Below are positions 28,440 through 37,517 of a DNA stretch of 64,000 nt, one piece after another. Positions within the stretch are counted from its first letter, which is position 1; the number at the start of each line of letters is the position of its first letter. The notes beneath the pieces were generated by a model. It was not told the DNA's origin, did not search any database, and saw only the letters and a program-made list of their open reading frames with translations. This stretch comes from an uncultured Acidimicrobiaceae bacterium (GTDB taxonomy: Bacteria; Actinomycetota; Acidimicrobiia; Acidimicrobiales; RAAP-2): assembly GCA_963731065.1 (NCBI GenBank), contig CAVSUH010000002.1:36503-100502 (forward strand), read 5' to 3'. The position numbers were made by a program, and so were the translations under genes.

Positions 28440-29383
28440 GTGCCCGCCAACCTGGCCACCACCGGGCCGAGCGTCTCCCAGGCGTCCGATTCGATGGACC
28501 AGTAGGAGATGCCGTACTCGGCCCGGCGCCACTCGAGCTCCTCGGCCATCTCGTCGAGCGTCCCTATGAGCGCCAGGGGCACGTGCAGTGCGTCGGCCGT
28601 GTCGATGCCGAAGGCCGGCGCCATCTGGCCGGCCAGGCCCTGGGCGTCGTCGGTGACGAGGACGAAGCCGATGAGGGAGTTGAGCTCTAGCTCGGCAAAG
28701 CGCTCGCCCGCCGCCTCCTTCACCCAGCCGATCTTCGTGCGGGTCCGTTCGGGCGTGGCGTCGGCCGCCGTCTCCGCTCCGCCCGTGCCCTCCCGCAGGT
28801 TGACATTGATGCTGACGATGTCGGCGTGGCGGGCGGCGAAGGACAGCACCCGCTTGCCGCCGCCTCCGATGATCAGCGGGGGGCCCGGTTGCTGCACCGG
28901 GCGGGGCGTGAGCTTGTGCCCCAGGACCTCGTAGTGCTCCCCGTGGAAGTTGAACGGCCCGTCGGTGCGCAGCAGTCCCTGCACCACCTGCACCGCCTCC
29001 TCGAAGCGCGCCACGCGCACGGCCGGGTGGTCGTAGGTCAGCCCGGCCTCGTCGTAGTCGGTCCGCATCCAGCCGGCGCCCAGGCTCATTTCGAAGCGGC
29101 CGTCGCTCAGCACATCGAGGGTGGCTGCTTCCTTGGCCAGCACGAAGGGATGGCGGTAGTCGTTGCCGAAGACGAGCGAGCCCATGCGCAACGTGGTGGT
29201 GGCTGCCGCCACGGCGGCCAGGGCGGGTACGGGGGCGAGCTGGTCGCCGAAGTGGTCGGGCATGAGCAGCGCGCTGTAGCCGAGGTCCTCGGCCTTGCGG
29301 GCCTGCGCGGCCCAGGAGAGGGCGGAGCCGTCAGGCGCCTTGCTCAGCTGCGCGGCGAAGCGGAACGTGCGGTCGTGTGCCAT
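28436..29383 (-). CDS. LLM-class F420-dependent oxidoreductase
   Basis: RFAAQL...AEDLGYSALLMPDHF...GSLVFGNDYRHP...DVLSDGRFEMSLGAGW...FHGEHY luciferase-like pattern. Start at MAHDR (29383). Confidence 0.85.
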   Translation of the reverse strand: MAHDRTFRFAAQLSKAPDGSALSWAAQARKAEDLGYSALLMPDHFGDQLAPVPALAAVAAATTTLRMGSLVFGNDYRHPFVLAKEAATLDVLSDGRFEMSLGAGWMRTDYDEAGLTYDHPAVRVARFEEAVQVVQGLLRTDGPFNFHGEHYEVLGHKLTPRPVQQPGPPLIIGGGGKRVLSFAARHADIVSINVNLREGTGGAETAADATPERTRTKIGWVKEAAGERFAELELNSLIGFVLVTDDAQGLAGQMAPAFGIDTADALHVPLALIGTLDEMAEELEWRRAEYGISYWSIESDAWETLGPVVARLAGT

Positions 29384-29411
29384 GCCGCCATGCTGCCGCA
29401 TATCGGCGGGT

Positions 29412-30702
29412 TCAGGAAGCCGACGTGACGTGTGACCAGATCAGCACGCCACCCCTCGGGGCGCGGCGGCCCGGCGCCCCGGTGAAGAGCGCCGTTGCGC
29501 ACGCGGCGCCGGGCGCGGCCGGGACGACCGCCACTGTCCGTGTGCGCCAGCGGGCCAACTGGGCGCGGACCTCCCGGACCGAGAGGTGGGCTGCGCCCTT
29601 CGTGCCGGCCCAGCAGGCCGCCAGCGCACCCTGGAGCGGGGAAGTTTGACCAGCCAAGGTGTTGGTGCCCGTCGGGCGCGGAATGACTGCGAACCCTCCT
29701 GGCATGCGGAAATCCATGTCTGCCATGGCCGTGCCACAACATCGCCGCGGCGTCGGCTGTCGTGGCCAGCGGGTAGATGCGGTTCGACCCCGGCGGAAGG
29801 GACCGCGCGCCCTGGGTGAACCAGGCGGGGACGTCGGCTGCCGCGCTGGCCTAGTAGGGCCACGCCGGGACGAGGGGAGCAGGAGCCCGACCGCCAGCAG
29901 GCCGCCGACGGCGGCGCCGGTCCGCCGGCCGACCCGAGGCGTCGCCGAGACGGCCCGCACAGGCGTCGAGTAACAGCGTGAGGAGCAGGGCGGCGAAGAG
30001 CGAGAAGTAGGTCTCCCAGCGTCGGCCTCACTGCTGTCGAGGTGCGGCACGTGGGTGACCACAATGAAGGGGAGCGGAATGTCCGTCCGGCGGCCGTCCA
30101 CGTGCAGGTGGTGGCCGAGGGACAGGACCAGGGCGCTTGCTCTCATGGCGGCGGAACAGCAGGAAGAGGTGCGCGTTCCCGGTGGCCGCGGTGAACGGCG
30201 AGAATCCGTAGGCCAGTCCACCGACGAACGCGGCCGGCCACCAGGTGACGAAGCGCCGTGCCATGGCGAAGAAGCTCAGCGTCGAGGCGAAGATGGCGAG
30301 GTCGATCAGTACGTTGTGCGTCGCGATCGAGCCGAAGAGCAGCGTGATCGGGAATCCGACGATGCCGAGCAGGGGCATGGTCGTGTTGTCCATCAGATTC
30401 ACCCTGACGGGTGCGTTGAGCCAATCGTTGACCAACGGGTTTTGGCCGTGCAGGAGAATCCACGGGGTCTGCGCAAGGAACTACATCTCCTCGGGCACGT
30501 CGTTCCCGACTGAGGTCTGGACGGAATGCGCGATCCCGTGGGCCCAGGCGCTCCGGTTGGCCAGGATCGAGAGGGCCAGATAGACGACAGCGACGGACGC
30601 TGTGACGAGCCAACGACGCGACGGGTTTCGACCCGCGGCCCGTGTCGCTTGCCGCTGGGGCGCCGTCTCCGGCGCAGGGCGCACCTTCGAGCTGTCAGTC
30701 AC
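29412..30702 (-). pseudogene. Decayed paralog of the 3037-4933 membrane protein (in-frame TAG, several frame breaks, shortened)
   Basis: 30702 downward: ...NDVPEEM*FLAQTPWILLHGQNPLVNDWLNAPVRVNLMDNTTMPLLGIVGFPITLLFG... aligns with DPAQEVWFMAWPAW...NVPRGANLLSNTSGPLVGVVLAPVTWLFG of the intact copy. The TAG at 30481-30483 sits where the paralog has Trp. Downstream homology hops between all three frames. The C-terminal ...VAVVPAAPGAACATALFTGAPG... matches ...VVITGASRDPVYASGFFTMALG.... Confidence 0.65.
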
Positions 30703-30822
30703 AGCGGGAGGGAGACGACCGGGCGGGAGCCGCCTGCATCCTTGCGCAAGGTGGCAGTCCGGCGCGCCAGACAGCGGGCCATCCCGGCGCGCCGATCGCT
30801 TTGCGCCTCCTCGACGCTGCGC

Positions 30823-31734
30823 CTACAGGAAACTGAAGTCCGGCACCCCGGAGCTGATGCCCTTGAAGAGCTCGCCCTTGGCGGCGACCAACTCCTCCGG
30901 CGACCACGCGGCGTCACGCTCGACCTGGCCTACCGCCTTGAACGCGCTCATGGCGTAGATGTTGCCGCCGAAGACGACGAGGATCTGCCCGGTGATGTCG
31001 GCCGAGGCCGGGGCGGCCAGGAACGCCACGACGTTGGCGACGTTCGTGGGGTCCCAGGCGTCGAACGCGCCCTCGCCGGCACCCATGCCGTCGTCGCCGA
31101 AGATGGTCTCGGTCATCCGGGTGCGGGCACGCGGCGCAATGGCGTTCGCGGTGACGCCGTAGCGGCCGAGCTCGCGCGCCTCCACCCACGTGAGTGAGGC
31201 GATGCCGGCCTTGGCGGCGGCGTAGTTCGCCTGTCCCGCACTGCCGAACAGGCCGGACTCCGAGGTGGTGTTGATGATGCGGCCGGTGACGTCCTCGCCC
31301 GACTTGGCCCGGTTGCGCCAGTAGACCGCGGCATGATGGGTGGGGGCGAAGTGCCCCTTCAGGTGGACCCTGATCACGTCGTCCCAGTCCGACTCGTCGA
31401 TATTGAAGGACATCTTGTCGCGCAAGATCCCGGCGTTGTTCACCAGGATGTCCAGCGAGCCGAAGGTGTCGATCGCCTGCTCCACCACGCTCTTGCCGCC
31501 GGCCCACGTGCTGATGTCGTCGCCGTTGACGGCAGCCTCGCCGCCCCGCTCCTTGATCAACGCCACGACTTCATCGGCGGGGTGCGCGTCCAGCGAACTC
31601 TCGCCGTGCAGTCCCGCGCCCACGTCGTTGACGATGACCTGGGCGCCCTCACCGGCGAGCACCAATGCCTCTTCGCGTCCGATGCCTCGCCCTGCGCCGG
31701 TGACGACCGCCACCTTGCCGTCGAGCAGTCCCAT
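30823..31734 (-). CDS. SDR family oxidoreductase (about 300-aa extended type)
   Basis: VVTGAGRGIGRE, NNAG, YAAAKAG motifs. Confidence 0.85.
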   Translation of the reverse strand: MGLLDGKVAVVTGAGRGIGREEALVLAGEGAQVIVNDVGAGLHGESSLDAHPADEVVALIKERGGEAAVNGDDISTWAGGKSVVEQAIDTFGSLDILVNNAGILRDKMSFNIDESDWDDVIRVHLKGHFAPTHHAAVYWRNRAKSGEDVTGRIINTTSESGLFGSAGQANYAAAKAGIASLTWVEARELGRYGVTANAIAPRARTRMTETIFGDDGMGAGEGAFDAWDPTNVANVVAFLAAPASADITGQILVVFGGNIYAMSAFKAVGQVERDAAWSPEELVAAKGELFKGISSGVPDFSFL

Positions 31735-31850
31735 GGTGTTGCCTCCCTGTGTCAGTCGAGCGCGTCAAGCCGGCCGTCCCGAAAGGGAGGGCACGGCGGG
31801 CGGAATCGAGGGCCGCCGCGGCGCGCCAGCAGTGTGACTGATGGGCTTGT

Positions 31851-32900
31851 TCAGAGGCAAAACCGGGACAACGCCTCGCCGGTGACCAGGCCGATCAGCG
31901 TTGTCGTCTCGGCCCGCGCCCGGATGCGGCCGAAGCGGGCGGTCAGGCTGACCACCTCGAGGCCCGGAGGCGGCGCGGCGAGGACCGACGCGTCGGCGCC
32001 GCCGGCGATGCACAGGACCGGGAGGGCATTGCCCCGGGCGCCCCGGCGCCGGGCCAGCTCGAGGACGCCGCCGGGCACCTTGCCCAAGAACGACGGGGGG
32101 TCGAGGTGTCCTTCCCCGGTGACGACCAGGTCCGCCTGTTCCAGCCGGCCGGCCAGGCCAACCAGCCCGGCCACGAAGTCGAAGCCCGGCTCGATCCGGG
32201 CGCCGAGGGCGACGAGCCCGCCTGCGAGGCCGCCGGCCGCACCCCCGCCCGGGATGCCGGTGACGTCGATGCCCGTCTCGTCCCGGTAGCGGGCCGCCAC
32301 CGCCACCAGGCGCCGGCCGAGCTCCTCGACCTGCGCCGCCGTGGCGCCCTTCTGCGGCCCGAACACGGCGGCGGCGTCGGCGAAGCGGGTGGTGACGTCG
32401 GACGCCACGACGAGCTCCACCCCTCGCAGTGCCGCCGGCGAACCCACGGCCTCGTACGCCCCGAGGCCGCCGTCGGTCGTCGAGGAGCCCCCGCAGCCGA
32501 TCACGATCCGGCGTGCCCCTGCGTCGCGGGCAGCCAGGAGGAGCTGGCCCACACCGGCGGTGGTGGCGCGTACGGGGTCGTCGTGCCGGGGTCTCGGCAG
32601 GAGGGCACGCCCCGCGGCGCGGGACATCTCGAGCACCGCCGTCAGCGGCTCGTCGCTGTCGGTCCGACCCAACATGCGCCACTCGGCCTCGACCTGCGCG
32701 CCGAGAGGGCCTGTGACTGCGGCCATGTGCCGAACGCCGCCGAGGGCCAGCAACAGGCCCTCACCGCCATCGGACATGGGTACCTCGTCGGCGGTCCATC
32801 CTGCGGAGCGGGCCGCGCCCGCCATCGCCGCTGCAACCCCAGCTGCGGACTCCGTCCCTCGGAATTTATCCGGCGCAGCCACGAGATGGGGCACGCGCAT
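31851..32900 (-). CDS. glxK: Glycerate kinase
   Basis: VAAPDKFRGTESA...PMSDGGEG at the N-terminus, C-terminal DLVVTGEGHLD; length fits the Gly_kinase family. Confidence 0.8.
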   Translation of the reverse strand: MRVPHLVAAPDKFRGTESAAGVAAAMAGAARSAGWTADEVPMSDGGEGLLLALGGVRHMAAVTGPLGAQVEAEWRMLGRTDSDEPLTAVLEMSRAAGRALLPRPRHDDPVRATTAGVGQLLLAARDAGARRIVIGCGGSSTTDGGLGAYEAVGSPAALRGVELVVASDVTTRFADAAAVFGPQKGATAAQVEELGRRLVAVAARYRDETGIDVTGIPGGGAAGGLAGGLVALGARIEPGFDFVAGLVGLAGRLEQADLVVTGEGHLDPPSFLGKVPGGVLELARRRGARGNALPVLCIAGGADASVLAAPPPGLEVVSLTARFGRIRARAETTTLIGLVTGEALSRFCL

Positions 32901-33094
32901 CCTCCTCTTTCACACGGCAAGCGATCGACACGTCGTGTCACGAGTGCCCCCGGGCAACCAGTCACGACGCCAAGCGCGGGAGCGTAATCGGGGGGCAGCG
33001 CCACACGGCGTGGCTCCCGCAGGATGAAGCGGGGGAGGGTTCCATCCGCCCTCAGGCCTTTTGGCAACCCGAGAACGGAGTGACCAAAAGGCGC

Positions 33095-33620
33095 CCTCTG
33101 TGGGGTCTTGTGCCAACCGGGGCCAACGACGACGGCCCGGATCACGACCGCTCGCTGCGCTCGCTGCTCGCCGCGGTACGGCGGCGTACCCTCGTCCCCG
33201 TGGTGGCGGCCCGCAGGGTGTCCGGGCCCGACGACGTGGCCGACCTGCTCACCCGCGGCGCCACCTTGGTGCAGGCGGGCACGGTGTTGCTGCGGTGCCT
33301 TGAGAGCGGCGCGCACCCACGCTACAAAGAGGTGCTGGCCGACCCGGCGCCGGCCGACGTCCTGGGCGCGACCACCATTACCCGTGCCTTCAGCGGCCGC
33401 CGGGCCCGCTCGCTCGTCAACGCCATGGCTCGCGACCACCCCGGCGCGCCGGCGGCCTACCCCGAGATCAACAACGCGACCCGGCCGTTGCGGGCCGCGG
33501 CCGCCCAGGCGGGCGACGCCGGGCACATGAGCCTCTACGCCGGGACGGGCTTCCACGCCGCGCCCTCGCGTCCCGCCGCCCGACATCGTGGCGTGGCTCG
33601 CGTCGGAGGTGCGCTCCTGA
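33095..33620 (+). pseudogene. Nitronate monooxygenase (NMO) remnant: 5'-truncated, plus a frame break near 33580
   Basis: Only the C-terminal half is present (PVVAA..VSGPDDVADLL..GATLVQAGTVLL..ESGAHPRYKEVL...TRAFSGRRARSLVN...AYPEINNATRPLR). The natural end PAADIVAWLASEVRS-stop (TGA 33618-33620) is in the +1 frame. The FMN-binding N-terminal half is absent from the 190 nt upstream. Confidence 0.65.
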
Positions 33621-33637
33621 GCCGGCGCCGCGAGACG

Positions 33638-34103
33638 ATGACGATCGAGTTCCGACCGCCCGACGTGGCCGGTGTCGCGGACTCGCTGGCGAAACTGCCG
33701 CGACGCGGGAAGCGGGTGGATCAACCTCCTCCCCGGCATCCACGAGGACGCCGCCGATCCCGAGCCGGCGGCCGGACTCTTCGCTTTCTTCGGCAACCGC
33801 GCCGCTCCGGTGTCCATGGCGACCGTCATGCCCGCCAAGAAGGAGCGCCGGGACACCGAGGGGGTCACGATCGGCGTCATGCACCCGACCGGGGCCAAGG
33901 CCATCGCCCGCCTGGCCGAAGCCGGGGTGACGCTCCCTGAGGGGTGGGTGGTGCGCCAGGACCACGCGCGCCGGGGTCTGCTGGTGCGCACGCCGGCCGA
34001 CGCGTCCGACGTTGACGTGCTCACCTGGAGCATCCGCGCCGCGGACGCGTTATGCCGCGCCGACATGACGGGCCAGTGGCACGCCGTCGTCTACCTTCCC
34101 TAG
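33638..34103 (+). pseudogene. Hypothetical protein, apparent +1 frame break near 33700
   Basis: ATG 33638 opens MTIEFRPPDVAGVADSLAKLPRR.... Sensible sequence continues in the next frame as GSGWINLLPGIHEDAADPEP...VTIGVMHPTGAKAIARLAEAG...GQWHAVVYLP (ORF 33672..34103). No family recognised. Confidence 0.45.
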
Positions 34104-34197
34104 GCGGGAACCACCGCTCGCAGCAGGTCAGGACGACTCCTCAGCGGTCAGAGAACGTCTAAGGCCGCGAAGAAGTCCTCTGGTACGTTCTCCGCAC

Positions 34198-35420
34198 ATG
34201 GATGAATTCGCCAACGCACTCGACGTTGGCCAACCGGAGCGGATAGACGAACGCGACGTTGGCCAACCCGAACTCGTCCCGAAAGCCCAACGTCCGCGTC
34301 GGCGCCGGTCGGCGGTCACGCCCCCGTTTATCCGGTGGCTGCTCGAACTGTGGCCGCCAGTTGCGTGTTTCCTTGGATCACGAATCCTGGTACTCGGCGT
34401 GCTCTACGTCGCCCCGGTGCTGCAACCAGGATACGTCCGCTCGTCCTTTTTCCCGATTGGGACACGGCCCACTATCTGTACATTGCGCAGTTCGGGTACC
34501 CGAAGTTCAACCAGCCGAATGGGGCATACGACGCCCACATTGCGTTCTTTCCACTCCTTCCCGCACTGATCCGGGTCGTCCACGACGTCACCGGCCTCTC
34601 CTATACCTCGGCCGGGATCGCACTCGCGAATCTCTCGACGCTCGCGGCGTTCTGTCTGATCTGGAAGCTGGTCAAAGAGATGGTCAACCAGCCCACCGCG
34701 ACAGCCGCGGTGGCGCTCCTGGCATTCTGGCCTGCGAGCTTCACCCTCAGCATGGTCTATCCAGACGGCCTGTTCCTCGCGCTGGCCGCCGGTTACCTCC
34801 TCGCCCTGAACCGGAAACAGTGGTGGCTTGCCTTCGTCGTGGGCGTGCTGGCCGGACTCTCCTCACCCGATGCCGTCGTGTTGGGCCTCTGTGGCGTGTG
34901 GGTGGCTGTCGTCGCGTTCCGCTCTCGCCGGTCCTGGCTTCCGTGGCTGGCTGCGGTCGCCGCACCCGTCGGCTTCGCGGTGTACATGAGCTATCTGTGG
35001 GCCTCACAAGGCAGCCCCACGATCTGGTTCTCGGCGGAGCGAAAGGGTTGGCACGCGAGCTTCGATTTCGGCGCGAGGTGGTGGTCGGATGCACTCGTCG
35101 CACTCCATCACCCCACAGTTCGCATCGACCTGATGGCGTCGACCGTGGCCGGGCTGGTTGCCCTCGCACTTCTGATCTGGATGCTGGCTATCCGGCTCCC
35201 GCCCGTGCTCACCATCTTTGCGGCAGGGGTGGTGATATTGGCGCTCGGCTCGGGTTTCGGCGGAAGCGTGCCGCGGCTTGCAATGGGAGCATTCCCCCTC
35301 TTCATTCCGCCGGCCACGAAGTTGCGTCCCTTGGCGATCACCGTCGTGGTGGGCCTCTTTGCCGGAGGCATGGTTCTCCTCATGCTCGTCGTCGAGTTGA
35401 CGCGGACCACGACCCCCTAA
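34198..35420 (+). pseudogene. PIG-V-like mannosyltransferase (GT-C membrane glycosyltransferase), -1 frame break in a T5 run
   Basis: The TM1 segment FIRWLLELWPPVACFLGSRILVLGVLYVAP (frame 1) joins FPDWDTAHYLYIAQFGYP...AFFPLLPALIRVV (frame 3). Adding one T to the ttttt run at 34447-34451 restores ...GYVRSSFFPDWDTAHY. About 9 further TM helices. Paralog at 54780-56201. Confidence 0.7.
34225..34267. promoter_or_regulatory. Two copies of the perfect palindrome GTTGGCCAAC, 33 bp apart centre to centre
   Basis: cgacGTTGGCCAACc at 34221-34235 and 34254-34268, at or inside the 5' end of the PIG-V-like gene. Confidence 0.4.
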
Positions 35421-35666
35421 GTCATCCCTAAGTCCGTTGCCACGTTGTCGAACGAAGGGTGCTGGACCGTGGCGGAGTTTGCAAGTGATGGTTGGGAAGG
35501 GCCCCGCCGTAGGCGAACGTTGGATCGATCGCCGAGGTGTGACCAGTCCGGAAGATCGGCGCTAACGAGCCCGGTGCCCCTCGTCGGGTGGGTCACCCTC
35601 GTTCTGGTGAAACCCTCAGGTCAACGGCGTTGAACCCGAGAGAATGCCATCGGCGTGCCGTCCACG

Positions 35667-37379
35667 CTACGAGCCCGAGGGCATCACCGATTGCCAGTTG
35701 GCGACCGAGGGATCGGTCGCGCCGGCCGGACCCTGGCCGAATAGCCACAGCAGGTTGCCCGTGATCTGTTGGACCGCAGACGCCGGGCACGGGGTGGTGG
35801 ACGTCGCGCACGGGGTGAGTGCGTTGATCCAGTTGACCGTGCCGCTGTCGAACACGCCAGCCGCGCCGGACTGGTTGGTGTAGTAGGTCATGTCCGAGTA
35901 CGTCTGGCCGGACCACTGACCTTGGCCGGTGAAGGCCTCCGTCAGGGGGATCGGTGAGTGTCCGAGCACCTCGATGTTCGTGGGCATCGAGTCACCTGGG
36001 ATGATGTGGTCGAAGTCAGACTCGATCACGCCTGGGATGGACCAGCCGTCCTGCAGGCCGGTGCCCTTGAAGATCCAAGCAGAGGCGTTCTCCACCACCA
36101 GCGGCGCCGAGTCCTGCAAGAGATAGCCGCTATAGACCTCGCCGACCAAACCGACCTCGGACAGGTCGGTCGGTGGCGAGCCGAATGTGTTCCCCGTCAC
36201 CTCCGCGGCGTCGCCGGGAACATTGTTGAGCGGGTCCTCGGTCGAGTCCCGATAGTCGACCTCTTCGCGGCCAGCACCCAGCGGTGAGGCCTGCAACCTC
36301 GAATGGCGCAGGGCGGCGGCGGCGCCGAAGAAGGCCAGATTGACACCGCGCGCCACCGCCGCCTGCGCGGCGAACCGCTCACTGAATGTCCACGTCTCGT
36401 CGTGGCCGAGCGACAGGATCGCCTTGTGGTTCAACAAAACGGACGGGTTCTGGTCGACCGTCACATCGGTCAGGTAGGCATCGTCCAGCCCGTGCTCCTC
36501 CATGAAACGGACGAGCGGGTATTCGTTCGAGAGGAAGTCCGAGGCACCGTTCCCCGACGCGTACGGGCGGTCGAACGAGACGACCCGGGCCCGGTTGCAC
36601 TGGGGGTACGAAGTCGTCTGGCCCAACGTGCACGGCCCCGACCCCGTGTAATAGGAGAAACCTCCGAACGCGTTCCATCCCTCCTCGGTCAGGCTGCGGG
36701 CGATCAGCACGTAGGCCGCGGTGCTGCTCGGGTCCCAGATGGTGAGGAGGACGTAGCTCTGCTCGTTGTCGCTGCCGCTGAGCTTCAAGAGATAGTCGCC
36801 CTGGACCCAAGCAGACGTGATGGGGATCGTCAGCGAGGACGTCCAGTTGTCGCAGCTGACCATATTGATGCCGGCCGTCAGGGGGCACGCGGGCTGAACC
36901 ACACCGATCACCTCGCCTGATTGCCAGATCTGGCGGGCGCCCAACCCCTGGTAGTAGCCCATCCGGTAGGCGGTCACCCTGAACGTCGGAGCGGTGGTCG
37001 ATACGTAGAGCGCCACGCTCTGCCCCGCCGCCGCGTACGTAGTGTTGGCGAAGCCCTCGATCATCCCGGTGGCTGGCTGGCCGCTGATCTGCCAGGCGGT
37101 GGTTCCCAGCAACTGGTTTTCGGCCACGATGGCGCTCGACTCGACGCCGTCGGGACCAAGGAAGGTGCTGACGGCAAGCTTGGCGTGCCTCTTCTCGTGA
37201 CGGTGGCGCGGGTGCGCCCGGGCCGCGGCCCGATGCAGCGTTGCCGACGAGAACGTCGTGCTGAAGATGCCCACACCGCCCACGGCAAGCGCGGACACCA
37301 CGATGCACAGACCGACGATCCGCCAACCCCACTGGCGCGGATGCACAGCCCGGGATGCCCGCGCTTTCGTGCCGCTCAT
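35667..37379 (-). CDS. Secreted/anchored N,N-dimethylformamidase beta-subunit-like domain protein
   Basis: N-terminal anchor WRIVGLCIVVSALAVGGVGIF. Motifs YRMGYYQGLGAR, EEGWNAFGGFSYY, VVSFDRPY, LSLGHDETWT and GVNLAFFGAAA follow the DMFA2-like family pattern as I recall it. Confidence 0.65.
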   Translation of the reverse strand: MSGTKARASRAVHPRQWGWRIVGLCIVVSALAVGGVGIFSTTFSSATLHRAAARAHPRHRHEKRHAKLAVSTFLGPDGVESSAIVAENQLLGTTAWQISGQPATGMIEGFANTTYAAAGQSVALYVSTTAPTFRVTAYRMGYYQGLGARQIWQSGEVIGVVQPACPLTAGINMVSCDNWTSSLTIPITSAWVQGDYLLKLSGSDNEQSYVLLTIWDPSSTAAYVLIARSLTEEGWNAFGGFSYYTGSGPCTLGQTTSYPQCNRARVVSFDRPYASGNGASDFLSNEYPLVRFMEEHGLDDAYLTDVTVDQNPSVLLNHKAILSLGHDETWTFSERFAAQAAVARGVNLAFFGAAAALRHSRLQASPLGAGREEVDYRDSTEDPLNNVPGDAAEVTGNTFGSPPTDLSEVGLVGEVYSGYLLQDSAPLVVENASAWIFKGTGLQDGWSIPGVIESDFDHIIPGDSMPTNIEVLGHSPIPLTEAFTGQGQWSGQTYSDMTYYTNQSGAAGVFDSGTVNWINALTPCATSTTPCPASAVQQITGNLLWLFGQGPAGATDPSVANWQSVMPSGS

Positions 37380-37517
37380 CTGCGCACCGGCGCGGCATCG
37401 GCGCAAGATGAGAGAGGGGTCAAGTCCCCAGCTGACGGATTTGAACAGGGGTCCACGGTCGGAGCGACGGTACCAGTGACCCGAGTTTTTCGGGCCGGCT
37501 CGACGACAGTGATCACG

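Noticed and set aside
30481-30483. In-frame TAG codons (here and at 38247-38249) as recoded sense codons such as pyrrolysine
   Set aside because: Both occur in genes that also carry truncations or frame breaks. No pyl genes or other signs of recoding were seen, and TAG terminates other ORFs in the window normally (e.g. pilB, stop 1078-1080).
33080-33940. 286-aa ORF as an intact gene starting MTKRRPLWG
   Set aside because: Homology to NMO begins mid-protein and ends at 33620 in another frame. The remainder of the ORF is read-through across the next gene.
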